A stretch of DNA of 64,000 nucleotides, taken from the NCBI GenBank assembly GCA_044892505.1, contig CM097884.1:106702001-106766000 (forward strand), in the 5' to 3' direction. The notes under the pieces are model-generated. The model was not told where the DNA came from. It worked only from the letters and a program-made list of their open reading frames with translations, and searched no databases. The DNA comes from Schmidtea nova. Its lineage: Eukaryota. Each line of letters opens with the position of its first letter. The first letter of the stretch is position 1. This document shows positions 39,652-49,331 of the stretch, in pieces. The position numbers and the translations under genes were made by a program.

Positions 39652-40030
39652 TGTTAATTGAAGATACAAGAATCGGGATATTGATTGACAATAAAACACT
39701 AAGAATCGGGATATCGACTGATAAGTTAGTAAACGATAAAACACTAAGAATATAGATTGATAATGAGATCGAGATATGATTTTACGACTTGATTTGTGAT
39801 TGGATTGAAAATTGGAACGATTTGATTGGGAGTTGGTTTGATTGTTTTGATTGTGCTGAGGATTTGATGTAAAACTGGCTTTATTGGGTTGTTTGCCAAA
39901 TGGGTGACTTGTTTTTCTAAAAATAAAATGTAAATTTTTATGTTGAGAGCGTATTTCAGGTTTAACCTTATACGCTATTTTATAGATACAGATATATGTG
40001 ATTTTAATATATATTATTGACCAATTTAAC

Positions 40031-40240
40031 TTATACCAATGTAGACCTCGAATATTCACCTGGTATATATTTACCCAAATGGAAATGCCCTGGTACATTT
40101 CTGACCAGTTGGCTCCGATACCGCTGCCTTTTCCATTTGTACTTTTTATAAACTTGTACGCTAGTTATTAAAGCTAAAACTGCTAATGCTATTATTGATG
40201 TTGTGATGACATAAAAAGGCCAATGTGGATTTTTATCTTT
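40031..40240 (-). CDS. In-frame extension of the polyprotein beyond the TAA: TM helix, basic stop-transfer, tail ending STLV
   Basis: *KDKNPHWPFYVITTSIIALAVLALITSVQVYKKYKWKRQRYRSQLVRNVPGHFHLGKYIPGEYSRSTLV*. Confidence 0.7.
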   Translation of the reverse strand, partial: KDKNPHWPFYVITTSIIALAVLALITSVQVYKKYKWKRQRYRSQLVRNVPGHFHLGKYIPGEYSRSTLV

Positions 40241-43200
40241 TTAACGAAATGCTTGTAGTTCCTCTAAGTTATGTATCACTATTGGTCTTCCTTGCCTTAT
40301 TTTGATAGGTTCTTGTTTTTGTTTTTTGGCATTGTATTGTTTTTGGAGTTTGGCTATTCCAGTGCTTGTTGGTATTTCGTTTGTATGTAGTGTGGTATTT
40401 AGTCTATTATTTGATGTCGTTGTTGTGCTTTTTGTTATGTTTTGGTTTTTTATTATATCCTTGGGTAATTGTTCTGTTTTTATCTCTTTGCATCTCCATG
40501 TTGTTGTATCTGTGTTTCTCTGTATGCAGATTTTATATATTGTATTAGGTGTTAGTTTTGTGAAATTAATATAGTTTCCTCTTTCAATTTCGTTGGTTGT
40601 TCTGTCGTCCTTTCCTTTTATCATCTTTGGGTTTTTTCCATTCGTTGTTTGCATGTATAAATCAATTACTCCTCTATTTATGATAAATGCTCTAACTTCG
40701 TTTGTTGATATTTTTATTAATACTCTGTCAAATTCTATTGTTTCGGTTGAGCCAACAATTGTTATGATTGTTAAGAAGATAGCTGATATTATTAGTTTGT
40801 TATGAGATCTTAGATTATACTTGTGAGGTTTATCTATCGTGACCTCGGCTTCCGCCAACTTGCATCTGTTGACATGTACTACTATTGGATCCTCGTTTTT
40901 ATGCTTTTGTAAATGTAAATTCTCATTTATTACTTTTACTACTTCATATGGACCTTTATATGGTCTTGCTAATTTTGTTGTCTTTCCCTTTCCTACTTGT
41001 GGTGACATAAGTCTAACCTTATCACCTACTTTAAAGTTGTGTGGTTTACTATTTTTGTCGTAGTCGGCTTTGTATTGTTCTTGTCTATATTTGACTTTTA
41101 GATTGGCTACTTTATACACTTCTTGCAGTTTTTCCTGCATTAGTGTGACATAATCTGGTGCATCCAAATATTGTGATACTCGAGGTTCAAATATTGTATC
41201 TATTGGTGTTGCTGGTTCTCTTAAAAACATTAAATAATACGGCGAATACCCTGTTGTTTCGTTTGGAGTGATATTATGAATGTATGTGCATTGACTTATG
41301 TATTCGTCCCAATCATTTTGATTTTTTCCTACAAAAACAGCTAGTCTGCTTAGTAATGTCCCATTAAATCTTTCTACTAGTCCATCAGTTTGAGGGTGAT
41401 ACGCTGTTGTGTTGATCTTTTGCATGTTAAAAATATTAGCTACTCGTTTTATTAATTCACTAGTAAAATTTGTTCCTTTATCTGTTAATAATCTTTTGGG
41501 TGTGCCTATCTTGAAAATAATTTTTTCTATAAGCAATTTAGCAACTGTTTCTGCTGTTTCGTCTTTTGTTGGAAATGCTTCTGCCCATCTAGTAAAATAA
41601 TCACTAAATACTAGTATATGTTTATTCCCATTAATTGTAGTAGGTAATTTACATAGAAAATCCATTGCACATAGTTCCATTGGTGATGTTGTTGCTGGAA
41701 TGGGGTGTAACGGCGCTTTTGTTTTTGTACCTGTATTTTTTCTTGTTGCACATATTGTACACGCGTTACACCATCTCTTAACATCTTTCTTTAGTTCTTC
41801 CCAGTAATATTTTTGTAATAATCTACTTGCTGTCTTTCTAGATGATAAGTGACCTCCTAATGCTCCATCGTGATATTGTAGTAGGAGTATTTGTCTTAAT
41901 TTCTGAGGTACTACTATTAATTGCTTACCGTTGAAATCTTCTATTACTACTAATTTCTTTGATATTTTATATTTTGAATTGTTTTCTTTTCTGATTTCAT
42001 TCCTTATTCTATTGATCTCTGGGTCTTTCATCTGTTCCTCATATATATCTATTGGCTTTTCTGCTACTAGTGCAAATATTTCAAGTGCTCCTAATTCTGG
42101 TATTCTTGATAGTGCATCTGCGTTTTTATTTATTCTACCTGGTTTATATATAATTTTTAGGTGCATGTCTTGTATTTTCATTGCCCATTTAAGTAATCTA
42201 CTTGATGTATCTTTATGTTTCCATAAGCCTTCTAATGGTTTATGGTCTGTTCTTATTATCACTTCAGTTCCGTAGATGTATGGTTTGAATTGTTTTAGGG
42301 CAAATACTATTGCGTAACATTCTTTTTCTATTGTTGAATACCTCAGCTGTGCTCCTTTTAATGTTTTACTGGCATATGCTATTACGTAATCTTTCCCTTT
42401 CTCTTCTTCTTGGCCTAATACTGCTCCTACGGCTTTCCCGCTGGCATCTGTCATTACTATAAATTGTTTTTCGAAATTTGGGTATCTTAACACTGGTGCT
42501 GTTATCAATCTTTCTTTTAGTTTGTCGAATGCTTCTTGATGTTCTTTTGTCCATTTCTTTTGTATCTTGTTAACTTTATTGTTAATTTCTTGTACTATTA
42601 ACACGTCTTTGCATTCTCCTTTTGTTTTAATTCCCTTTGTTAGTTCTATTATAGGTGTTGCTATCTTTGCATAATCTTGTATGAATTTACGATAGTATCC
42701 TGTTAAACCTAAAAACCCTTGTACCTGTTGTACTGTTTTTGGTATTGGGAATTTCTTTACAACTTCTATTTTTTCTGGATTTGGTTTTATCCCTTCTACT
42801 GTGACTATATGCCCTAAAAATAGTGCCGAAGACTCTGCCCACTTACATTTGGTTGGTTTAATTTTTATCCTTGCTTTTCTTAGTCTCTCAAGTACGTTTG
42901 TTATATCTTTTAGATGTTCCTCGAATGTCTTTGATGATATTAATATGTCATCCATGTAAACTGCGCAGTGTTGTACATTTACTAATATTGTGTTCATTAG
43001 ACGTTGAAATGTGGCTGGCGCATTAGTTAATCCGAAGGGTAATCGTGTGTACTCATATAAACCATCCTCAATAACAAATGCTGTTTTTTCTGCGTCCCCT
43101 TCTTCCATTTGAATTTGCATATACCCCTTATTCGCATCAATGACTGAAAAATACTTAGCATCCCTAAGTTTATCATATTGCTCTTGTGCTTTTGGGAATG

Positions 43201-46200
43201 GATATGAATCTTTTACTGTTACATCATTTAATTTACGATAGTCAATGCACATTCTTATTTCTCCGTCTTTCTTTTTGACGGGTACAATGGGTGATGCCCA
43301 CTGTGAAAAACTTTGTTTTATTACACCTGCGTCTTTTAATTCTTTAATTTGTCGCTTTATCTCCTCTCTTAGTTTGTATGGTACGCTATATGGTCTTTGT
43401 TTTATTGGTCTTGCATTGCCCGTATCTATTACATGTTTGATTATGTCAGTATCTCCTAAATCAAATTCATGTTTTGCAAAAACATCGCTGTATTCATCTA
43501 TTAGTGTCTGTAATTGTGCTTGTTGTGTTATTGTTAGGTATTTATTATTGATTTTCACTTTGTCGTATGATTTTATACTATTTGTCTTACTAGGTTCGAC
43601 CACTCTTTTGCCGTTATCATTTATCACACTTGTCTCGCTGACTTCATACGTTTTCTCTAATTTGCCTTTGAATAGTTTTCCCAATTTTGTGCCTTTGTGT
43701 ATTTTTATATTACATTTTTCATAATTCGCTATTCTTAATGGGATTATTCCCTTTTTTGGAATTACGCATTCATTAGTTAACATTATATTTTGTGTAATTG
43801 CCGTTTCTGGCTCGAAAATAAAAGTGTCCTCACTTTTGACGTTAACTTTTATGGGGATTATATGATCACACTCATATTCTAGTTCGAATGCTTCTAATGC
43901 AACAACTTCCGTGAACTTGGACTTATGTTTGATAGCTTTTCTTTTAATCGTGTTATCCGTTAAGTCTATGATGCAGTTATTCAGCTTGTTGAGTATATCG
44001 ATCCCTAGTATACATATGCTATTGCATTCTTGTACTACTTTAAATATGTGGTGTATTACTTGTTCTGATGTTTCAACTACTAATTCAATATCTCCTTTTA
44101 GTGGAATGTAGTGTGCTGATAGTGTTACTACTTTATCCGTTGTTTTCATAATATTTCTCTTTTCACCATCTGTAAGTTGATCTTCCCTAATTAGGGACGT
44201 TGCTGCTCCAGTATCTACTAGTGCATTTATGATTATATTGTTTATAATTATTTTAAGTCTTGGCCTTGCTTCGTTTGCTGTCTCTAATTGCTCCATCATT
44301 TCGACTTCCAAGCTATAACAACCATATATTTTTTTGGGTTCACAGTAACAATTCTTACTTTCTCTAGGAATTTTAATCTCTATATTTTCTTGTAACTCTT
44401 TTAATTGTTCTCTTTGGTTTTCATATAGTCCTTGTTGTGGTGCATTTCCTTCATGTGATATATGCGTTTTAACTATTTCCTCATTGTTTTCATCATCTAT
44501 CAATATTTGCCTTTCTTCATTCCTTTGGATTTTTATTAAACGTATTTCTTTATCATGTTTTGCCGTAATCAGGTATTTGGCTACAAACGGGCATAAACAT
44601 GCTAGTAATTTATATGAATTTCCGAATACTTGTTTCAGCTGTCGTAGTGATACTAAAGAAGAACAAACCATTTTTAGTAAAGCAACCGTATAATAAATTC
44701 CTAAAATTGTAGAGAACATGTTTCCAAGGACTGCAAAATATCCCCATATACTATATAATACTTTGTATGCTACTTTTTTGAAATACTCTTTTGATAACAA
44801 CACGTCAAAATTGTAATTTCCTCCGTAACTTCCTTCGATAATTTTGTTTACCATTATTGACAGTATTCTTTCTTTTTCGTTTGAAAATAACATGTGTTTT
44901 CTTGCACTTTCTATAGCTTCTCTCGTATATATGCCATTGCTATATATATCGTTGATTTCTTTAAACTCCAATCTTTTTTCAAGCTCTATGAGTTCTAATT
45001 TGAGTGGTTTCATCGCCTCTTTCCTATCTGACATAGATATCCACATTTCGTCATTTATTTTGTATAATGGATCCAATAAATTAGTGCATTTTTCTATTTT
45101 TCTTGGTACATATGTTTTTTCTGTTAGTATTCTAGTAATTGGTTGAAGGTATACCCTTTCTCCTTTGTATATTACTGGTAACTCATTTGTGCACTGATTG
45201 TTTGTTGCCAATGATACACTAACAGGTTTGCATTGAAATGTCTGTATCACTTCTCCTACTATCCTGGCAAATGTTCCTTCTTCTGAGAAGATTATTGGTG
45301 CCATCAAATCTGGGTTTGTTACCGCGACTGCCATTTTTGTCCTTAATATTTCTCTGTTGAGTTTGCAATCGCTCATGATTGTTGATTGATATACTTTATC
45401 TAATTGCACTAGTTGATTATGATAGAAAAAATCTATTTTATTGTTGAAATATGATGCGAGTTTGACGTCGAATTTATTTACTTTTTGTTTTGCATCTTTG
45501 ACTTCTTCTTTGCTTATGTATATCCCTTCATAATTAGTTTGTATTATTTCCTTACCACATTTTACACTTTTCCTTTTACTAACAAACCTCATTGCTTCGT
45601 TTTCAGATTCTGACATATATATTGTTGGTGTATCTTTTTCTTGTACAATTGTTGTTTTCCTTTTTTGATCTCTCACCCTTTTTGAGTCTACTTCTGTGAA
45701 CTGTTTTCCCTTGATTTCCCTAAATTTTAATGATTTTAATTTTGTTAACTGACAATCATATTTATCTATTTTGTATATTAGCATTGATTCTCCTGTATCG
45801 CAATAAGATTCTTCTAATGTACAAAATTTGTATATCATCATTTTCTTTGAGCTGCTGTCGAATGATGCTTTGAACTTTCTCAGTTCTACCATGTAGTGTC
45901 TCCTTACTACAACATTACTCAGTTTTTCGCCCCATATTGTATATTCTCCTCCTTCACAATATCCTCCTTTTGATGTCCATCCCACGACATTTACATCTTG
46001 TCTCATTTTTGCCCCTATCCTTGCTTCTAATTCTATTCCATTATGACCGCTATATTTTACTTTTTTTGTTTTAAATGCATCTTCACACTCTATTGGTGAC
46101 AATATTACTGCTTCGGGTGTCCACGTAGGTTTTAACACTGTTCTTGCCCCAACATGACATATATATGCTTCCTCCTGATACTTTACTATGCACTCTTTGG

Positions 46201-49090
46201 CCTCTGTATGAATAAAGTCTGATTCTTGATAAACATGGAATATTTGAGGCTCTGACATGATTAATTTAGTTGGATTTGCTTCAGGGCAATTTTCAACATC
46301 TAACAGTGAGTATTTTTGTCCCCACTTTGGATTTTGACAATCATATGCTACCATTGCATTGCCTCCCTTGATTAAATCTAATAACAAAGTGATAATGACT
46401 ATTACTATGGAGGTTATCGATTTACTCTCTGTCTTTGGTTTTACTGTTGCTTTCTTTATTAATTGTTTTATTACCTCATCTGTATCACTCTCTTTATTCG
46501 TCGTATCTTTATCATATAATACTTTCCATCCTCCTTTCTTTTTTATCCATGGTATTGCCTCTACTTTCAATCTTTTAAACATTATTGTTGCTACTTTTTC
46601 TAATTGCTCTTTTGGATTTTCCTTTATGAGCTTTTTATATCTTGCGGCCAAGTATGCCATGGCCGTTATTATTTTATCTTTATCTATCCCTGTATTAAAC
46701 ATGATTTTTAACACTGTTTTTTCATTTGCTTCCTCTGTAGCTAGTTCTTTAGTATCCTTTTTAATTAACATCATCCTTTCAGTTATATTTTCAATAAGTA
46801 CTGTTGGCTTTGTTTCTGGAAATAGCTTAATATTCATTGCTTTTATTACTTCTTTTATTTTGTTTACGTCATTATTATCGTCTTGATACTCTGGTTGTTC
46901 ATGTTTATGTTGATTTGCAATCTCTCTTAATCGTTCTGCTGTCTTCCTATTCTCCGATTTTTCTATTATTTCTGATTTTCGAGGTCTTCCTCTACCTCGT
47001 TTTGATATTTCTGCATCTTTTGTTTTTGCTTCCTCAGCTATTCTTTCTATTGTTTCTTGTAAGTTACTATACTTTTCATCTATAGGTTTAAATATAATTT
47101 CTTCATCCATTACTGATTTCTTTGTTTCGCTAGGTGATTTATCCCATAGCCTAAATAATCTATCAAAATCGTTTTCTTCATTTATACTCAACTCAACCGA
47201 CGGTACTGGCGTCATTATTTCATTGATCATTTGTTTTTCTACTGTGGCTACCACAATATTATCACTTACTGGGTTTATCCCATAATCGATTAAGTACTCG
47301 TCACTTAATAATTCTATTCCGTTAAAATATAATTTTATTACATCTTTCTCTCCTATGGTTCCTGGCCATTTGGCTCTTACCATTCGTTTTAATTTGCTCA
47401 CTTTAGTGCAAGTATGCATCTTTTGTTTAATACTAAAAAAATAATTATCATTTGATTCAATCGTTACATTTAGTGTTTCATGCAATTTTTCATTTTTTCT
47501 TATATATTCTCCATAACATTTCAACATCTCTTTTATTTCTATTTCTAATTCAAATACTCTCGTTACATTTTGTCTCTTTACCATCATTGGTATCAAATTT
47601 CTAAGCTTGTCTAATTCAATCCCATTAACTTGTATTTTATTGATTATTCTCAGTGTTTCGTTATCCTCAAATGGTTGTTTATACAATATCTCTTTAAATT
47701 CTTCTATCAATTCTTTTTGTTTATTTTCTTCTGTGAGAAATATTTCATCTGCTTCTCTAATTTCTTTTAACTCATCATTATCGATATCTACTTCATTTGT
47801 AAAAGTACTAAATTCATTTATAGACATTTCAAGCTTTCTCTCAATAAGTCTTCCATATTGCGTTTTAAATTCTTTTAATTCTTCTCTTAATATGTTTATT
47901 TCTTTATTTGCTGATTCAAGCTCAGCGCTATTTACCTGCTTTATCTCAGGCTCATTTTTAAATCTTACTCTTATCGGTGAATCTGCTCGTGGTTTATTAT
48001 ATACCTTTGCTAGGTGACCATACTTTTGGCAATTGTAACATTTTATTTGTCCATTAAAATTCACTTTATCCCTACCATCATTATTATAAGTATTTCGCCT
48101 CACTGGGCTATCTTGTCTATTTCTCGAATTATCTCTGTATCTATTATCTCTTCTATTATATTCGAAGCGACTGTCTCTATTATTTCTATTATATCCACTG
48201 TAACTGTTATAACCAGAGCGATTATCTCTAAAATTATTATCTCTGTCAAAACGGTTGTCTCTAAAACTATCTCTATTATTATTCCCTTTATAGTTATCTT
48301 TAAAATTATCTCTATTTCTATTATCAAAATTTTTATTTCCTGGACTGTTAAACCTTCCCTTGTTTTCAGGTGATTGGCTTCTATTAGGACTAAATTTTCT
48401 TCTATTATTAACAAAATTCAAATATAATTGTTTCATTTCTTCCGAAGGGATACTATCATCTTTACTTTTCAACTCAGGTTTTACCTCAAGTTGCTTTTCA
48501 ATTTCTACAGCGTCTATCTCTGGTCTAAATCGATCTCTTTGTATTGCTTCTATGCGTTTTGCTTTTTGTACTAATTCATTTAAGTCTTCATATTCAATCG
48601 TAATTAATGCTTTGTATAAATATTTTTGGATTCCGTTCCAAAACTGATCCTCGATTAACCTACTAGTGTGATCTCCTGCACCAAATGCCTTTTTTGCTAA
48701 TTCTGTTATCGTGTATATATATTCACCTACTGATTCTCTTGCTCCTTGGTATCTACTTCTAAATTTTTGAACATTTATTTTTTGTAAGTCTCTATCTATT
48801 ACTATTTCTTTTCTAAGGTTTGTAACTAACTCTTGATAATTAATGCCTTTACATGCCAAATTATTGTATGCTTGTAATGCGTATCCTTTTAAGTATAATG
48901 GGATTCGTTGTTTTAATTCATTTGTTTTCCATCCGCAAGCCTCTGCGTATTGTGCGATTTCGGCAAAAAAGTCGTCGAACTTTTCAGGGTCTCCTTTATA
49001 TGATTCTATTGGTAGTGTTTTTATAAAATTATGACTGTTTCCTATGTTATCGTTATTACTGTTGTTACTACTGCTTGTACTATTACTCAT
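40241..49090 (-). CDS. 2949-aa polyprotein: Gag - Ubl - AT-hook - Bcl-2-like - envelope glycoprotein - PR - RT - RH - IN - FN3
   Basis: Gag N-terminus (YKGDPEKFDDFF..GW), CYNC..GH, LYFNG..L.DYGI, RGRGRPRK, WIKKKGGW, AYDC..Cys-rich..TM, LVDTGA, YMDD, TDAS, HHCC, DDE, GPY, LTPNTIYKICI. Confidence 0.95.
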   Translation of the reverse strand: MSNSTSSSNNSNNDNIGNSHNFIKTLPIESYKGDPEKFDDFFAEIAQYAEACGWKTNELKQRIPLYLKGYALQAYNNLACKGINYQELVTNLRKEIVIDRDLQKINVQKFRSRYQGARESVGEYIYTITELAKKAFGAGDHTSRLIEDQFWNGIQKYLYKALITIEYEDLNELVQKAKRIEAIQRDRFRPEIDAVEIEKQLEVKPELKSKDDSIPSEEMKQLYLNFVNNRRKFSPNRSQSPENKGRFNSPGNKNFDNRNRDNFKDNYKGNNNRDSFRDNRFDRDNNFRDNRSGYNSYSGYNRNNRDSRFEYNRRDNRYRDNSRNRQDSPVRRNTYNNDGRDKVNFNGQIKCYNCQKYGHLAKVYNKPRADSPIRVRFKNEPEIKQVNSAELESANKEINILREELKEFKTQYGRLIERKLEMSINEFSTFTNEVDIDNDELKEIREADEIFLTEENKQKELIEEFKEILYKQPFEDNETLRIINKIQVNGIELDKLRNLIPMMVKRQNVTRVFELEIEIKEMLKCYGEYIRKNEKLHETLNVTIESNDNYFFSIKQKMHTCTKVSKLKRMVRAKWPGTIGEKDVIKLYFNGIELLSDEYLIDYGINPVSDNIVVATVEKQMINEIMTPVPSVELSINEENDFDRLFRLWDKSPSETKKSVMDEEIIFKPIDEKYSNLQETIERIAEEAKTKDAEISKRGRGRPRKSEIIEKSENRKTAERLREIANQHKHEQPEYQDDNNDVNKIKEVIKAMNIKLFPETKPTVLIENITERMMLIKKDTKELATEEANEKTVLKIMFNTGIDKDKIITAMAYLAARYKKLIKENPKEQLEKVATIMFKRLKVEAIPWIKKKGGWKVLYDKDTTNKESDTDEVIKQLIKKATVKPKTESKSITSIVIVIITLLLDLIKGGNAMVAYDCQNPKWGQKYSLLDVENCPEANPTKLIMSEPQIFHVYQESDFIHTEAKECIVKYQEEAYICHVGARTVLKPTWTPEAVILSPIECEDAFKTKKVKYSGHNGIELEARIGAKMRQDVNVVGWTSKGGYCEGGEYTIWGEKLSNVVVRRHYMVELRKFKASFDSSSKKMMIYKFCTLEESYCDTGESMLIYKIDKYDCQLTKLKSLKFREIKGKQFTEVDSKRVRDQKRKTTIVQEKDTPTIYMSESENEAMRFVSKRKSVKCGKEIIQTNYEGIYISKEEVKDAKQKVNKFDVKLASYFNNKIDFFYHNQLVQLDKVYQSTIMSDCKLNREILRTKMAVAVTNPDLMAPIIFSEEGTFARIVGEVIQTFQCKPVSVSLATNNQCTNELPVIYKGERVYLQPITRILTEKTYVPRKIEKCTNLLDPLYKINDEMWISMSDRKEAMKPLKLELIELEKRLEFKEINDIYSNGIYTREAIESARKHMLFSNEKERILSIMVNKIIEGSYGGNYNFDVLLSKEYFKKVAYKVLYSIWGYFAVLGNMFSTILGIYYTVALLKMVCSSLVSLRQLKQVFGNSYKLLACLCPFVAKYLITAKHDKEIRLIKIQRNEERQILIDDENNEEIVKTHISHEGNAPQQGLYENQREQLKELQENIEIKIPRESKNCYCEPKKIYGCYSLEVEMMEQLETANEARPRLKIIINNIIINALVDTGAATSLIREDQLTDGEKRNIMKTTDKVVTLSAHYIPLKGDIELVVETSEQVIHHIFKVVQECNSICILGIDILNKLNNCIIDLTDNTIKRKAIKHKSKFTEVVALEAFELEYECDHIIPIKVNVKSEDTFIFEPETAITQNIMLTNECVIPKKGIIPLRIANYEKCNIKIHKGTKLGKLFKGKLEKTYEVSETSVINDNGKRVVEPSKTNSIKSYDKVKINNKYLTITQQAQLQTLIDEYSDVFAKHEFDLGDTDIIKHVIDTGNARPIKQRPYSVPYKLREEIKRQIKELKDAGVIKQSFSQWASPIVPVKKKDGEIRMCIDYRKLNDVTVKDSYPFPKAQEQYDKLRDAKYFSVIDANKGYMQIQMEEGDAEKTAFVIEDGLYEYTRLPFGLTNAPATFQRLMNTILVNVQHCAVYMDDILISSKTFEEHLKDITNVLERLRKARIKIKPTKCKWAESSALFLGHIVTVEGIKPNPEKIEVVKKFPIPKTVQQVQGFLGLTGYYRKFIQDYAKIATPIIELTKGIKTKGECKDVLIVQEINNKVNKIQKKWTKEHQEAFDKLKERLITAPVLRYPNFEKQFIVMTDASGKAVGAVLGQEEEKGKDYVIAYASKTLKGAQLRYSTIEKECYAIVFALKQFKPYIYGTEVIIRTDHKPLEGLWKHKDTSSRLLKWAMKIQDMHLKIIYKPGRINKNADALSRIPELGALEIFALVAEKPIDIYEEQMKDPEINRIRNEIRKENNSKYKISKKLVVIEDFNGKQLIVVPQKLRQILLLQYHDGALGGHLSSRKTASRLLQKYYWEELKKDVKRWCNACTICATRKNTGTKTKAPLHPIPATTSPMELCAMDFLCKLPTTINGNKHILVFSDYFTRWAEAFPTKDETAETVAKLLIEKIIFKIGTPKRLLTDKGTNFTSELIKRVANIFNMQKINTTAYHPQTDGLVERFNGTLLSRLAVFVGKNQNDWDEYISQCTYIHNITPNETTGYSPYYLMFLREPATPIDTIFEPRVSQYLDAPDYVTLMQEKLQEVYKVANLKVKYRQEQYKADYDKNSKPHNFKVGDKVRLMSPQVGKGKTTKLARPYKGPYEVVKVINENLHLQKHKNEDPIVVHVNRCKLAEAEVTIDKPHKYNLRSHNKLIISAIFLTIITIVGSTETIEFDRVLIKISTNEVRAFIINRGVIDLYMQTTNGKNPKMIKGKDDRTTNEIERGNYINFTKLTPNTIYKICIQRNTDTTTWRCKEIKTEQLPKDIIKNQNITKSTTTTSNNRLNTTLHTNEIPTSTGIAKLQKQYNAKKQKQEPIKIRQGRPIVIHNLEELQAFR

Positions 49091-49310
49091 GTTGTAGATT
49101 GTTCTATTTCTTAATTGATGTATTATTTCAGGTGCTGTATCTATGTTTATTTTATTAGCTTTTTAATGGTTTTAGTTCTTTATATGTTTGTATATCTTTG
49201 AATTTCTACTTTGGTCAATAATATTTAGATAAATATATTTTCCCGATATATATTACAATATCCCTCTGATCGCAATTCCTATCCCCCAATTGATATTATA
49301 ATATTTTATT

Positions 49311-49329
49311 GTCCCGGTTCGCGGCACCA
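49311..49329 (-). promoter_or_regulatory. Primer binding site TGGTGCCGCGAACCGGGAC
   Basis: 2 nt inside the 5' LTR boundary and complementary to a CCA-ended tRNA 3' end (Phe- or His-like; identity uncertain). Confidence 0.85.
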
Positions 49330-49331
49330 AA

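Noticed and set aside
39652-40098. N-terminal 149 aa of the 502-aa ORF
   Set aside because: Low-complexity and repeat-derived (YQSISRFLVFY repeats) and overlaps the polyprotein tail in another frame; more likely intergenic, with the true start at 39651.
27029-40243. Alternative genetic code (TAA as sense) suggested by three in-frame TAA codons
   Set aside because: An 8.85-kb AT-rich ORF contains no TAA, and other ORFs end properly at TAA/TAG, so TAA is a stop.
40302-49034. Many plus-strand ORFs opposite the polyprotein
   Set aside because: Antisense shadows of an A-rich coding strand with no motifs.
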